Source: Haliotis rubra (lineage: Eukaryota). Taken from it: DNA of 64,000 nt. Positions 34,652-47,590 of the stretch are shown here, piece by piece. The DNA is taken from contig NW_025767721.1 in assembly GCF_003918875.1 (NCBI RefSeq), positions 62,001 through 126,000 of the forward strand, written 5' to 3'. A model generated the notes under the pieces. It made no database searches, was not told the origin of the DNA, and saw only the letters and a list, made by a program, of their open reading frames with translations. Made by a program: the position numbers and the translations under genes. Position 1 is the first letter of the stretch. The number at the start of each line of letters is the position of its first letter.

Positions 34652-35274
34652 CAATCTCGTAAACTTAGGCCCAGTATTATTCGTGACACTGCTATACTGA
34701 GTCTAACAAAACCTTGGGGAAGGTCGCGTCAGGTAACCTTTGAGCGACCTATGACCGTCCAATCAAACGCGAGACGACCGAACGGATTTAACCAATCAGA
34801 CAACGGCTACTATTTAGGGTTTGGCGGGACTTACAAAATGGATTTTCTCTTCCCCGGTCGCCAGCACTGATCTCACAACAAGTGAAAACCAGCATAGAAC
34901 ATAGATATATGACCGGCAGAGTATACGCTTTTGGGTTTCTATTGACATGGCTATCATTAGCTAATATTTTCGAAAGCTGACATCCTTGAATACTGACAAA
35001 ACGCTATTTTCAGCGACTGTTTACTCACTGTTGTGTCGTGCCCCATGTGCATCACTCGGAAGCGATCGTACGAAAAATAGCATTCGGAATCGTTCGGGTA
35101 CAAAACTCTTTCGAGGTAAAAGTTCAAAAGGTATGTGCGAATGTCAACGAATTTGGTAAGCTGTGTTCTGATTGGTCTATTGAAAAGGTCAGCTGACGCG
35201 ACCTTCCACAAGGTTTTGTTAGACTCAGTATAGCAGTGTAACGAATAATACTGAGCCTAAGTTTACTTAGACTG
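34652..35274. mobile_element. Non-autonomous DNA transposon with ~80-bp TIRs and a 9-bp TSD
   Basis: gtaaacttagg...gaaggtcgcgtcag / ctgacgcgaccttc...cctaagtttac; TSD caaatgcgt; inserted into a decayed family 2 element. Confidence 0.85.
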
Positions 35275-36104
35275 CAAATGCGTTGAACGATGCTCATGCT
35301 ATTTGACTCGATTATGTACAGGGACCACGAACAATCAGGAAAAACTTCGTATTACCATGCATTCATGGTGCTGTTGACAGTTTTGCTTACTCTCGTGGAT
35401 ATACTCGTGGTGGCCAACACCTCATTTGCGTGAATCTGGCAGCTTATCTCGGCAATTGTATGTATCCAGGTAAAAGAAGCAGCAAGTAACTGAGGCAGCA
35501 AACGACAGTTAAACAGTGCCTAGACAAACGCGTATAATGTAATTAAACAGATTGCAAAGAAAATAAAGACTGTAGTGGGGAAAGACACAGGCAACATCAT
35601 TAAGTGAAAGCCCCATAGAAGAAACACACGTCCATTCTTCTTTTGGACTGTTCATTTCTATTTTCTAGAGCCTAGATTTGGCTAATGTCCCATCCGTAAT
35701 AAGAAACTGGACCCAAACTGATTCTTGCCTTTGAGATTGCCCCTGCTTTCCGCTCGTGAAATATGCTTATCGCTGTTTCATCAATCAGGTCATGTTTTAC
35801 CCAGACTGACCGTTCAGGTGACCGTCTTTTTTATCGTCATGTTCTGAGACCAGCTTTTTATCGTCGTGTTTTGAGACTATCGTGTATGGTCTCTGCCCAT
35901 CTACATTGTTAACATTGTTATGTGGATCGGAATTTAGACAGATAAGATACACGAATTTTTGCCTTACCTTTCTGACTGCCACTCTTTCTATTAGACTTTT
36001 TCTGATTTGTTTTTATCAAAAACCAAAGTAGTTCTTTGCAGTTGCTGGACAGTTTACCCGTACACGCTTCCCTCCATGTAAGTGTGTCAAAAATGAAATT
36101 TTGG

Positions 36105-36339
36105 ATGTTGTTTAACGCAACAGTCAGCAATATTCCAGCTATATGGCGGCGGGTCTGTGAATAATTGAGTCTGGACCAGAAAATCAAGTGGTCAATGTTC
36201 AACATGAGAATCGATCTACGCTATTGGGATACGATGACATGGTTCAACCAAGTCAGCGAGCCCGACCCGATGATCCCGTTAGTCGCCTCTTACAAGCAAT
36301 GTTTGCTGAAGACCAAATCTAACCCGGAGCTTCACGGGT
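36105..36339 (-). mobile_element. Family 2 short retroposon
   Basis: Ends cttcacgggt; TSD-like caaaaatgaaa on both sides. Confidence 0.82.
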
Positions 36340-37061
36340 CCAAAAATGAAAATACAAAGCGACAGTTTTACAATACATCACAATAAACAGTCACATATTC
36401 TATACTGATTCACGCACGATGGTACTTTGAAAGTTGTTCAGTAATAACGCCGCTCTGTGGTGAATGTCCTTGACCAAATTGATATTATTTTACACATTAA
36501 GGTTCACTTCATGAATAAGTTTACCGTGAACTCTGATGTTGCGAGCTCAACGTCAAGAAGTAACAGATAAAGGAACGGTAATACTCGACAAGATGACTAT
36601 CTGTATTCAGCATAGCCAAACTGCCTCATCTCAAACGATGAGTAACATACATTTATCTCAAGTGGTATATCTAAAAGTACACATTCGTTTAAAAACTGAC
36701 TAATTTCAGTAAACGTTACACCTTCAAACCCTCGAACTTAATTAACATCCTTGTCTTTTCGATTTAGACAAGACCAACTCTATCCCTTTACCTGTGGAAA
36801 CATTAATGTTGTGTGCTTCAATCAACTTTTCTCCATTCGTTTAGTCTGGACTACATACCGGCACTGGTATGTAAAAGTACATTTAAGTGACATTAGGAAA
36901 GGTAATATGGGATATTAAAAATACTTCAGATACATGCGTCATGCATTTGTGCCATTTTCAGTGACTGACTGATAAGGCGAGATATATTGTCACAATCTTA
37001 GCACAGAAACCAGACACTGCTTCTGTGGTGGCTAACAGTGGCTGCCTCGATATCGAAGATT

Positions 37062-40000
37062 ATGCCCATCAACGTCTTCTTCGCAACTCTGCTTGTCGGG
37101 CTTTGTTGTGCGTCTTTACAGCCAACCATCAAACAAGACACAGAGAAGAATGGAATGACATTGTCCTTCCCAAGTAAGTGTAAACATATGCTCATGGAAG
37201 CGAATAAGGGAACACATCGTCCTTCCCAAGTAAGTATAAACATATACTCATGGAAGCAAATAAAGGGGACACATTGTCCTTCCCATGTAAGTGTAAACAT
37301 ATACTCATGGAACCAATAAGGGAACACATGAAAGTACTAGTGTTCCTTTATGTATATCAAGAATTTCACCCACAGTGCAATACAAAGCTTGTAGAGAAAC
37401 CTGAAAAAGAATAAAGAAACACTTTCATGTATTCCCTTATTCGATGCCATGAGTATATATAATAACCATATGCACATGGTACCAACTGGCCAGAATATTG
37501 TTGGCATGGAAAATAATTTTATTTAAGGTATTATGTCTAATTATTAACTCATTCTCCGGCTACGTCTATCGTGGTTGTTGCAACATCGGATTCTTCTGAT
37601 ACTTTGTAGTAGATGACGTGTGGGCAGTGCCCACAACTTTGCGTACAGCTATTTTGAAATACTGTGATCCCATTCATTTAATATATAGTTAATAGTTCAC
37701 GCTTACATTCCTAAAAACTCATTCATAATTTGAAATTATTGTTTGGCGTATCTGATGATTTGTTTAAATAGGATCAGGACAGCTTCTCCACTATATCTGA
37801 GATAAGTTAGATAATGGCACAGCATTTATCACCACGGATGTTACTGGTTAGTAAGTGAGTGGGTGTGTCAGAACATCTTTAAACATTACCTACTAAACGT
37901 CCGTTATTTCTGTAACATATTTATGAAGTCTTTTATGAAGTTATCTTTTCGTTTCGATCCTGGACGTATGGACGTAAAACAAGGCTTTGGAACAATGGTT
38001 TAATCGTTGGTATCTGCATAAAGTTTAAAAGTATTTAGATCACTTCCTGTCAATAAATACCAAAGCGTTAATATCTCCCCTTACTGCTTATAACTCTGTA
38101 AGACAAGACATAGTTCGGCGCAATACTGCAACACAAGCCCCACCTATCAAATGATGTTACCAACCAATCAGTGGACATTTAACCTTTGGTTGGTTTGCCC
38201 GTATTTACCGGCTCATTGAAAAAGACTTTTCTAAATTAATTTTATCAAAACAAAGACAAGGAACCAATAACAGTGTAGTTATAAACTCAGAAATAGTCAT
38301 GAATATGAGAATGTATACGCTTGCAAATTTGTTTTGATAAATATGCACTTATTATGAAATGTTACTCGGTGGAAACGAGGAGCCGAAACCTTGCAAATTG
38401 TAGCTCCCCAAAACAGCTGCTTCCTGTATCAAATACCATGTTAGAACATTTTCATTTATAATTAATTTGAACCACCTTTGCAAGTCGGTGTAAACTGTGT
38501 CTTCCCTACCCGTCTTTAGAAAGACTGAGTGGTTCCAGCTAACATGCTTCCAATCCATACAAATTTCGAACTAAAATAACAGCATGTAACTCGTGTATTT
38601 TGTTTTGGCAGATGTGCCTGGTGTTGATACGATAGAACTGTCGTACGCTCTCCGTCTTGTGAAGCAACAGGCTCATTTACCTCACTTGACCAACACCGTC
38701 AGACTGCATAAACAAGGTAAAAATAATAGTCTGGCAATAAATTGTGCTTATTAGATTATAATTCTGTCATGGCTGATATGACAATATTAAATGTTAATGT
38801 GTAGTGTAATTAATGTTCTTAGCATGGGTACTCGTGTACTTCTGATCGTTGGTCTGTCCTGTTGAAAGATGTTATAAAAGAATTGTAGAGGGTGTAGATA
38901 CGAATAGAATTAGTGACGATATTGTTAGAATTTGTCTTCAGTAAACCATGCTAACGGGATCGGGTTGCCAGGTCGCTTACCTGGTCATCATATCCCAGTT
39001 GCACAGGTCGATGCTCATGCTGTTGCTCACTGGACTGTCTGGTTCAGATTCGATTATTTACAGACCGCTGCCATATAGCTGGAATATTGCTGAGTGTAGC
39101 GTTAGAAGAAATAAGAAAATGAGTTTGCACAGGCTGCAAGTCAATAAACTACCGGGCAAACGAAAGTTATCACCGACTTCACTTGACCATAAAAAAAGAA
39201 ACAAAGATGTATGTAAGATCCACAACCTGTACCGATTGTACCAGTGTTTTTATTATACAATTACCTTAAAAGTAATAACTTTCTTTTGCTCGGTAGTGTA
39301 TGTCACATGAGACAAGTCCACCGAGTCATAGGTCCCAAATGAAGACAAGATAGCTATTTTTCGTGACACGAGGACACTCCTGCAGGTTCAAAATTCCAGA
39401 ACACAGCAGCATATTTTCTCCAACAAACATTTCAGTGACAGTTGCGCATTATCTCTATTTTCCCAGCTGATGGATATTTCACCTACCGGATTCAAAGCAA
39501 GAGGGAATTCACTGACAATGATGTGCTGGAATATTCAGTAAAATATTTATCTGCAACCGGAGATGTTCTTCATCAACTTAATGATGTATACATCATCCCA
39601 CGTATGTATACCAAGGATTCGTTTCTAACATGCTTTTGTGGGTTTTTTTTAAAAATATGTTTTTGATTTTTGTCAAAATAATTGTGGATGTATAAGGACG
39701 TAAACTATGGAATCCTTGAAGGGACATTGTCGCGTTGTCGCGCATTTTTGGGCTTTTGTCACACATCTTAGATGGGGCGATAATGCGACAACGCGACATA
39801 TTTTGACCTTGAAAATTGTCGCTATGTCGCACTGTCGCCCTTTGGAGAAATTTAAAAAAATATTTTTCAAAACGCGACATGCGACATCGCGACAATGCGG
39901 CAATGCGGCAAATGGCCGAAATGTGGCGTTGTCGCATTGTCGCGCTTTGGTTAATTTTGCCTCATTTTGATTGTTTTTTGAGAAAACGCTGAGTGAATAG

Positions 40001-43000
40001 TCGATCACACAGCCATCTCATAATGCTGTTATATATTCCGATATCTAGCGGCATCATCGCTCAGCCCTCGACTGTACAGACGCGGAACAACCGTCCTGTT
40101 AGACGAATTCCACCATCATTATGTTGACAGCAAAAATTGGAAACATGAAGTCACTTGCCGGGGAACCGGGGTAAGATTGGCCTCGGATGTATCACCACAT
40201 GATCTTTATCTTCATCGCCGGACTCGTGAGATTAACTGATTAACTCAGTCTGAGCACAAGTGACACACAAACAGAATTTAATTTTGAGCGGTTGGGGCTC
40301 TTTATGTGACCAAAACAATAAGTTTTTGGCCATCGAACTGTCGTGAATGTTTTGGTAAATAACACAAAATGACGTGGTTTGCGGAAAATCAATTTCTAGC
40401 GCCAAACAGATGCACATTAGACAATGAACCTTTACGTTGCTTTGTCAGTAAATAACAACATCGATAAGTGCTAAAAATGCAAGTGTGTTTTCATTTCTCT
40501 AAAATCAAAGTTACGGCCTTGGTGGTTCAAATGTGTACTACCAGTAACACATTACCTCATCATTTAGTCAACCTGTCCGCAACTCAGCTTAATACTAGTG
40601 ACAGGCTGGTCCGTCACAAGCTCTTTGGTCATCATGTGATTATAGTCTGTTTGCAGTGAAAACGTACCGATGAATTTCACTTTAAACAAAAACGTAAATC
40701 AAATAAAGTGAAATTAGAAGTACGCATCCTCATGATTTTACCTTGCCAATTGAACATTTAAATCTCAGAATTTTATTCAACTTAGGATAAAAGTTGTTTA
40801 ACAAACGATCATAGTTTCACATCGCTATTATTGGTTTGTATTACAAGGGAGTATGCACATTAAATGAAACACCGAGAAGAAGTAGGGTTGGTCTAAGTTA
40901 ACGCTCATCACGTACTGCACGTGTATTTGTATCACTGTTCCAATTACTGCGTTTACTCCCTTGTAATACAAACCAATAATAGCGATTTGAATCTATGATC
41001 GTCTAGGTTAAACAACTTTTATCCTAAGTTGAATAAAATTCTGAAATTTATATGTTTAATTGGCAAGGTAACATTATGAGGATTCGCAATCTTAATTTCA
41101 CTTAATTTGATTTACTTTTTTGTTTAAAGTGAAATTCATCGGTACGTTTTCACTGCAAACAGACTGTAGCTTGTGTATCGTTTTCACTTTGAAGCGGGGG
41201 ACTGCAATTAACTTAGTTACGGATCAAGGAAAATACACGATCACGATAATGTCATATATATTATATTTGATTAATACACTGTTAAAATGGCCATTTTTCC
41301 AACAAAATACATGCAAGGAGATAATCCCATTGATATAAAACACTTCTATATTACAATGAAACCCAAGTTGCGATGGAGACTCTAACGGTGATCACGTCCG
41401 TGATAAGTAGTATCTGAAACGAAACTTAGTTATTAAAATGTAGAAGTTGTATATGAATAGAATTATCTCCTTTGTTCACCGTACTTCAAAATGCCATATA
41501 TAGCAGTTATAATACATGTATCCAGAGTTAATGCATCACGTTTGGGGTATTATTCCAGGGCGGGCAGTTCCAAATGTTCACACCAGAACCGGCAAACAGC
41601 TACACCAAAAACGGCCTTCTCTACATCAAACCGGTACAATAATTTCGTTTGTGAGTGAGTGAGTGAGTTTAGTTTTACGCCACACTCAGCAATATCCCAA
41701 CTAAATGACGGCGGTATGTATATAATCGTGTCTGGACCAGACAATCCAGTGAGCAACATCATGAGCATCGATTTATGCAGTTCGGATACGATGACATGTG
41801 TCAACCAGGTCAACGAGCCTGACCACCCGATCCTGTTAGTCGCCTCTTACGACAAGCATGGGTGACGGAAGACACATTCTAATCCGGGCTGTCCATCGGT
41901 GAATATATCTGTTACCCTAGACGTTCAATGCATAACTTGTGACTTTTATGGAAGCAATATTGTGTCGGGTTTTTTAACGTTTATGACACAGTGGTATACT
42001 AAAGGTTCCTCTCCCCATTCAAGTATGGTCATCTTGGAAGTATATCAGAGTCAGCGATTTCTAGGACGCATGGTTATTATACTCGTTTTACCAACACCAT
42101 ATGTCTGCATCATAAGTATTCTTGGGTACAGGTATTTATTAATTAAAACTGATTGTAATAAACCTATTGTTGCTTCTTGGATGTAATGCCGAATGTTTGA
42201 ACTAAGAGCCTAATTATCATTCATGTTTTGACAGTTTTCAAATCCAACTATACTTCCATTCTAAGATCATTATTTCCTCTTCAGACGTTTACGGTCGACA
42301 AATTTGGAGAAAGCTTTCTTCACAATGGTGTTCTGGATGTTCGCAGTAAGTTTTCCCGATGTTCCACGCTTGAAACCAGATACTTAATGGGCATTTAGAA
42401 GTTGGAACTGACTGACTGCGTTTGGTTTTACGCCGCTTTTATCAATATTCCAGCAACATCACGGCGGGTTAAAAGTTGGAAGGTAACATAGCAACGTATT
42501 GTATGGATTTAGAACTTCTTTATTATTTACAACACGCCGTTTCTAGGCTACTTCTCGACCCTTCATCAGGTGAATAACAGAATGTGATTTACAAGCCAAA
42601 TATGTAGTACGTATAGAAGGCCAGTGAGATGGGATTAAAGATTGAGATGTACGGAGATCAAGGAGATTAAGTGATATGTTTGATTGAGATGTACAGAGTT
42701 CAAAGAGATTAAGTGATGTGTTTTCATTCAGATGTGCAGAATTTATAGAGATATTTGGTATGGTTATGCAATAGATGACAGTCTGTGGTATGAGTGTATA
42801 TCCTTTTCGTAGTATAAATACTCTGTATATACCTATGTTATTCTTGAAACCAGATTTTTAATATCAGGTCACTCTTAATCATGACCTTTGTACAGATTTT
42901 TTCAGTGTTTCAAATGTAAAAACAATGTCATACAATGGGAGCATGAAAGTATTAAAAGCAAAGTTGCCAAATCAAAACAATAGGGTAAATATTGCAGATT

Positions 43001-44653
43001 CAGTGTAAAACAAACGTAAACAAAGTATATCCAGTCCATTTATAAACTGTTATAAAAATCATTAAAATGTTTTGTAGCATAGCACGGGGCTTGTGCGTAT
43101 GTAATATTCATGATCTCTGTTGATCAGAGGTTTGTGAACACTGTCAGTCAACTACTCAACTACATGTATCTTCCAAATCAGATTTTAATCCTTTTTGTGC
43201 ATAAGCTTCGTGACTTGTGTTATTTGCTGTTCTTCTTCTTGAAGCGCCCTCATCTTGTCATGTGCTATTTATTATCAATTACCCGTTGTCGTTAATGTTA
43301 ATCTGCTGCTTGTTTTAACAGATATAGGTGTCAGATGCTACACTGAAATGTCGCTATTTTCCATGAACAAGAAGTTGTTCTGCATAAAGTTGTTATCTTC
43401 GTTATCGTCGAACATCTAGAATGCCGATCAAACATTCTTTAAGATGACTGACAAAAAGTGTCTCTTCATATTACACAGGGATTAGTTTCTGTTAGATATG
43501 GTCAAATATAATACCTACATGACGACGCCGATCTCTCATACTAGCTGCCCCATAAAACACTCAGTGTAAATCCAACACAGCAAACAAAATTTGCTTAAAC
43601 AGCGGCCTGTCACCACAAGTCACACACAAGCATAATTGGGTTTGTACCAGAGGTAGACAAATGCATCATTATCCGACTGTGGAAAACAGGTATCACATAT
43701 AACATGATACATATGGATACATGTCTTCACGTTTTACATATCCTGTTTGTTCCATGTCTTCACGTTTAACGTAATTCATGAGGAAGATACGGTAAAAGGA
43801 CACCTGTCTGTCCCATATATCACGTATCACATAATGCTTAAGGAAGATACAGCAAAGGATATCCTGTTTGTTCCAAGTCTTCACGTTTAAAGTATTTATT
43901 GAGGAAGATACAGTAAAGGGAATCTTGTTTGTTCCATGTCTTCACGTTTAACGTATTTTTTTAGGAAGATAAGGTAAATGGAACCCTGATTGTTCCATGT
44001 CTTCACGCATAGCATAATTCTTGAGGAAGATACGGTAAAGGATATTCTGTCTGTTCCATGTCTTCACTTCTAACATGACCGCCTCCGTGGTGTAGTGGTT
44101 TAGAGCGTCCGCCCGGAGAGCGGAAGGTCGCGGGTTCGATCCCCGACCGCGTCGTACCAAAAGACGTTAACATATGGTACTTGTTGGTCCCTGTCTGGCG
44201 CTCGGCATTAATAGGTACAACAAGGACTGGTCGGCTCGGAGTGTCTGAGTGGGGTATTCATGCTTCACTGCGGCATGGTATCTCAGTGGGCTAGCACTAT
44301 AAAGCCAGCTTAAGTCTGGGCTAGTACAAGCAGGCGCACATACACATACACACGCATGCACGTCGTCATATGAGCGAAATATTCTCAAGTACGACGTTAA
44401 ACCCAATTTCACCTCACCTCACCTCACCTCACTTCTAACATAATTCTTGAGGAAGACACGGTACAGAATATCATGTCTTTTCCAGAGCAATGGGGAACGT
44501 GTACATACATCAGTGACGACGGATGCTACCGTACTGGAGCCAAAAATGGAATTGCACCTATCATGTCGGCAAAACTCTATTCAAAAGCTTCCATCACCTA
44601 TGGGAGGGTAGAAGTTGTTGCCAAACTACCTAAAGGGGATTGGTTAAAACCAG
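37062..44653 (+). CDS. GH16 beta-1,3-glucanase/LGBP paralog B, exons 1-7 only (truncated by the assembly gap)
   Basis: Exons: 37062-37173, 38612-38716, 39467-39601, 40049-40170, 41559-41633, 42285-42345, 44486-44653. Same intron phases as gene A, and same sizes except exon 1, which is one codon shorter. Peptides MPINVFFATLLVGLCCA, RLYRRG, WKHEVTC, QFQMFTPE, YGRVEVVAKLPKGDWLKP. Confidence 0.9.
37160..37460. repeat. Triplicated ~56-bp unit (exon-1 donor plus MITE end) and adjoining small MITE
   Basis: gtccttccca(a/t)gtaagt occurs 3 times; atatactcatgg..aataagggaa.acatgaaagt is inverted at ~37421-37458. Confidence 0.8.
39703..39950. repeat. TGTCGC/GCGACA-rich palindromic element
   Basis: More than 10 copies of tgtcgc or gcgaca in alternating orientation. 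Confidence 0.65.
40643..41166. mobile_element. Foldback MITE, probably Tc1/mariner type
   Basis: ~210-bp imperfect inverted arms (agtctgtttgcagtgaaaacgtaccgatgaatttcac...), flanked by TA. Confidence 0.8.
41652..41890 (-). mobile_element. Family 2 short retroposon
   Basis: Tail (GAGT)n and body match; head decayed. Confidence 0.8.
42385..43440. mobile_element. Penelope-like remnant with inverted ends and decayed hammerhead motifs
   Basis: Minus 42533-42572: cac CUGAUGA a gggucgagaaguagccua GAAA cggc gug, then aataaagaagtt. Plus ~43325-43420: ggtgt..acactgaaatgtcgc...aagaagttgttctgcataaagtt. Shares gcatttagaagttgg with 2187-2202. Confidence 0.55.
43700..44485. repeat. ~61-bp tandem repeat (about 6-7 units) ending in the exon-7 acceptor of gene B
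   Basis: Unit resembles tgttccatgtcttcacgtttaacgtaattcttgaggaagatacggtaaaggatatcctgtt. Confidence 0.85.
44077..44430 (+). mobile_element. tRNA-derived SINE family 3, full length
   Basis: A box tggtgtagtgg, B box ggttcgatcc, (CACCT)n tail, TSD cacttctaacat. Confidence 0.88.
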
Positions 44654-44720
44654 GTGAGTGATGTTTAAAGTTGAAGCGATCATCGTTTAATATTAACTGT
44701 CCCTTTATAAAGATATAATA

Positions 44721-44820
44721 NNNNNNNNNNNNNNNNNNNNNNNNNNNNNNNNNNNNNNNNNNNNNNNNNNNNNNNNNNNNNNNNNNNNNNNNNNNNNNNN
44801 NNNNNNNNNNNNNNNNNNNN
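44721..44820. other. Scaffold gap (100 N)
   Basis: Run of exactly 100 N, a typical placeholder for a gap of unknown size. Confidence 0.99.
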
Positions 44821-46115
44821 ATGACAGGTCCATGCTGTAGGACACGTCCTTGCTGTTTGACACGTCGCTGTGTGACACGTTCTTGCTGTATGACAGGACG
44901 CTGTATGACACGTCCTTGTTGCATGGAAACAAATGTCAACGCAGACATGGATCACCTGATTATGTATCTTACTTCAGTTTCTTTTGGGGGTATTTTAGAC
45001 TGAAATATACAGATGGACTAAAATGTTTAAAAAAGGCGCATTTTACTTTTTTTTCTTTCAGCATTGTGATGACATTAGAACTTCACTTGCAGTATATAAT
45101 ATATTTTTCATACAAACTGAAACCAATTTGAGATCTCAGAAAATAAAAATGCATTAGATGGGTAGACTGATCATAATGGCATCGTTGTTCCATTTGGACA
45201 TGTTTACTGTATTCAGTTAAAAAAGTGACTTTGGCCCCTTGTGTTGTTCTGCTACCATGTTGTATGAAACGTCCAGGCTGCATGGCACGTCCAGGCTGTA
45301 TGACATGTCCATGTTGTATTATACGCCCTTGCAGTTTGACACGTCCGTGCTGTATGATACGCCGCTCTATGACACGTTCGTGCTGTATGACACGTCCTTG
45401 CTGCATGACACGTCCGTGCTCTACGACACGTTCATGCTGTATGACACGTCCGTGATGTACGACACGTCTATGTTGTATGACAAGTCCATGTTTATGACAC
45501 GTCCGTGCTTTATGATACCCCGCTCTATGACACATCCTTGCTGTATGGCATGACGCTGTATGACACGTCCAGGCTGTATGACACGTCCAGGTTGCATGAC
45601 ACGTCTATGTTGTTTGACACGTCGATGCTGTATGACACTCCTTGCTGTATGGCACGTCCTTGCTATATGACACGTCGCTGTATGACACGTCCGTGCTGTA
45701 TGACAGGTCCCTGTATGACACGTCCTTGCTGCATGACACGTCTGTGCTGTACAACACGTCTATGCTGTATGACACGTCAGTGCTGTACAACACGTCTATG
45801 CTGTATGACCCGTCCGTGTTTATGACACGTCCGTGCTGTATGGCATGACGCTGTATGACACGTCCAGGCTGTATCACACGTCCGTGCTGTATGACACGTC
45901 GCTGTATGACACGTTCGTGCTGTAGGACACGTCCGTGCTGCAGGACAGGTTGCTGTTTGACACGTCCATGCTGTATGACACGTCCTTGCTGTGTGACACG
46001 TCGCTGTATGACACGTCCATGTTGTATGATGCGTCCTTGCTGTATGACACGTCCTTGTTGCATAACACGCCCATGCTGTATGACATATACTTTCTGTATG
46101 ACACGTCATTGCTGC
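44821..46115. repeat. 18-bp minisatellite, second copy
   Basis: Same unit and internal block as 13395-14705. Confidence 0.93.
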
Positions 46116-47411
46116 TTCTCAGGTTGCTCATGATGTAACGTGAAACTCCGTTACTTCGGAAACTCCTCCTTCAGGGTACATTCGTAAGAGTCTTGATACA
46201 TACAGAAGAACATATCCATGACTCCATGATCCGTCAACAGGTTATTCTGACGATAACCCCTGCATCAATCAAATTGACGAATGTGCACTTTTCACTGCTT
46301 TTTTGGATTTGTTGGATATTCCATGACAAATGGCTTATACTGAAAAATACGCCGCTTTTGACCCAGAATGTTGGCGGGGAACACCAGAAAATCACAAACA
46401 TGGGAATTTGGTCTTCGGCGTGAAGTACATCCATAGCCTAGGGACACTATTCAATAGAAGGATAAGACGTCTTTAATTGAACAGTGTCTATTGAGTTTCC
46501 AAACTGAATTTCCAAAGAAAGGGACCAGTATTTTTCGAGTAAAGGCCTTATCATGGTTTCATATACAAATGCATTTGTGCACATTCATCCATGAAGATTG
46601 CCGAGTGTTACGGGTTACCAAGATAGGAATGAAGACGTCAACGCTCCAACAGTCAATGTTCGTAAACCAAGAGATTAACTGTTCAGTAATTATACTGAGA
46701 GGGTAGCAACTTTGATGTCCGAAAGTGTTATTCGTCAGGCAGTATTAAAATACATGTACAACTAAAATAATCATCTTTCTTAAATTTATTATGTTTCAAT
46801 ATTGTTTTGTAGACGGGTATGGTATCCGAAAACAACATCGAAATTTATATCATAAGATGGCGTTTGTATATCTTTCGATGTTGATGTAATGAAGCAAATG
46901 TTGTTATGTAAAATGTCAGTTCGATTTGAAAAGCCGACCTGTAGATACTACTCAAAAGAAATCAAACAACACCCGGATTCTTTCATTTAGATATATATTT
47001 CATCCGGCATGGCAAAGAACCAGAACCACCTTTGTCACATGACAGTAACCTTCTGTCAGGCATGGCAAAATGTGAATTGAAAGAATGACTGTCATGCATG
47101 CAATATTCCAGCAAACATCACGGCGGGCGAATTGAAAGAGGTGGTTGTTCTTTAACTCCTTTGAGTAGTATACATCTTAGTGGACTATAGGTGACCATGT
47201 CGTCCTAAGCGTTGGAATTCACGACACAGAATTACCTCCCTTAGCCGTGCCAGAATGCTGTCATTGTGGATAGGAACCCCAGATTCGCCTTGATTATCAT
47301 TTTAGGTGTGTCAGCAGTATAGCTGTGCTGAACGTCTTTGACTTCAATCAGCTGACATGCCGTGATAGTAATTATTACATTGTCATTGAAACGGTTAGAC
47401 CACTCACTCCC

Positions 47412-47590
47412 GGGGCGGTGGGGTATTCTAGTGGTTAAAGCGTTGGTTCGTCACGCCGAAGACCCGGGTTTGAATCCCCACGTGGGTACAATGAGTGAAG
47501 CCCATTTCTGGTATCCCCCGCCGTGATATTGCTGGAATATTGCTAAAAGCGGCGTAAAACCACTCACTCAGTCACTCACTCACTCACTCC
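47412..47590 (+). mobile_element. SINE family 1 insertion absent from the first copy of the region
   Basis: Empty site at ~15905; TSD cactcactccc. Confidence 0.88.

Noticed and set aside
44598-44955. ORFs spanning the N run
   Set aside because: Artefacts of translating across the gap.
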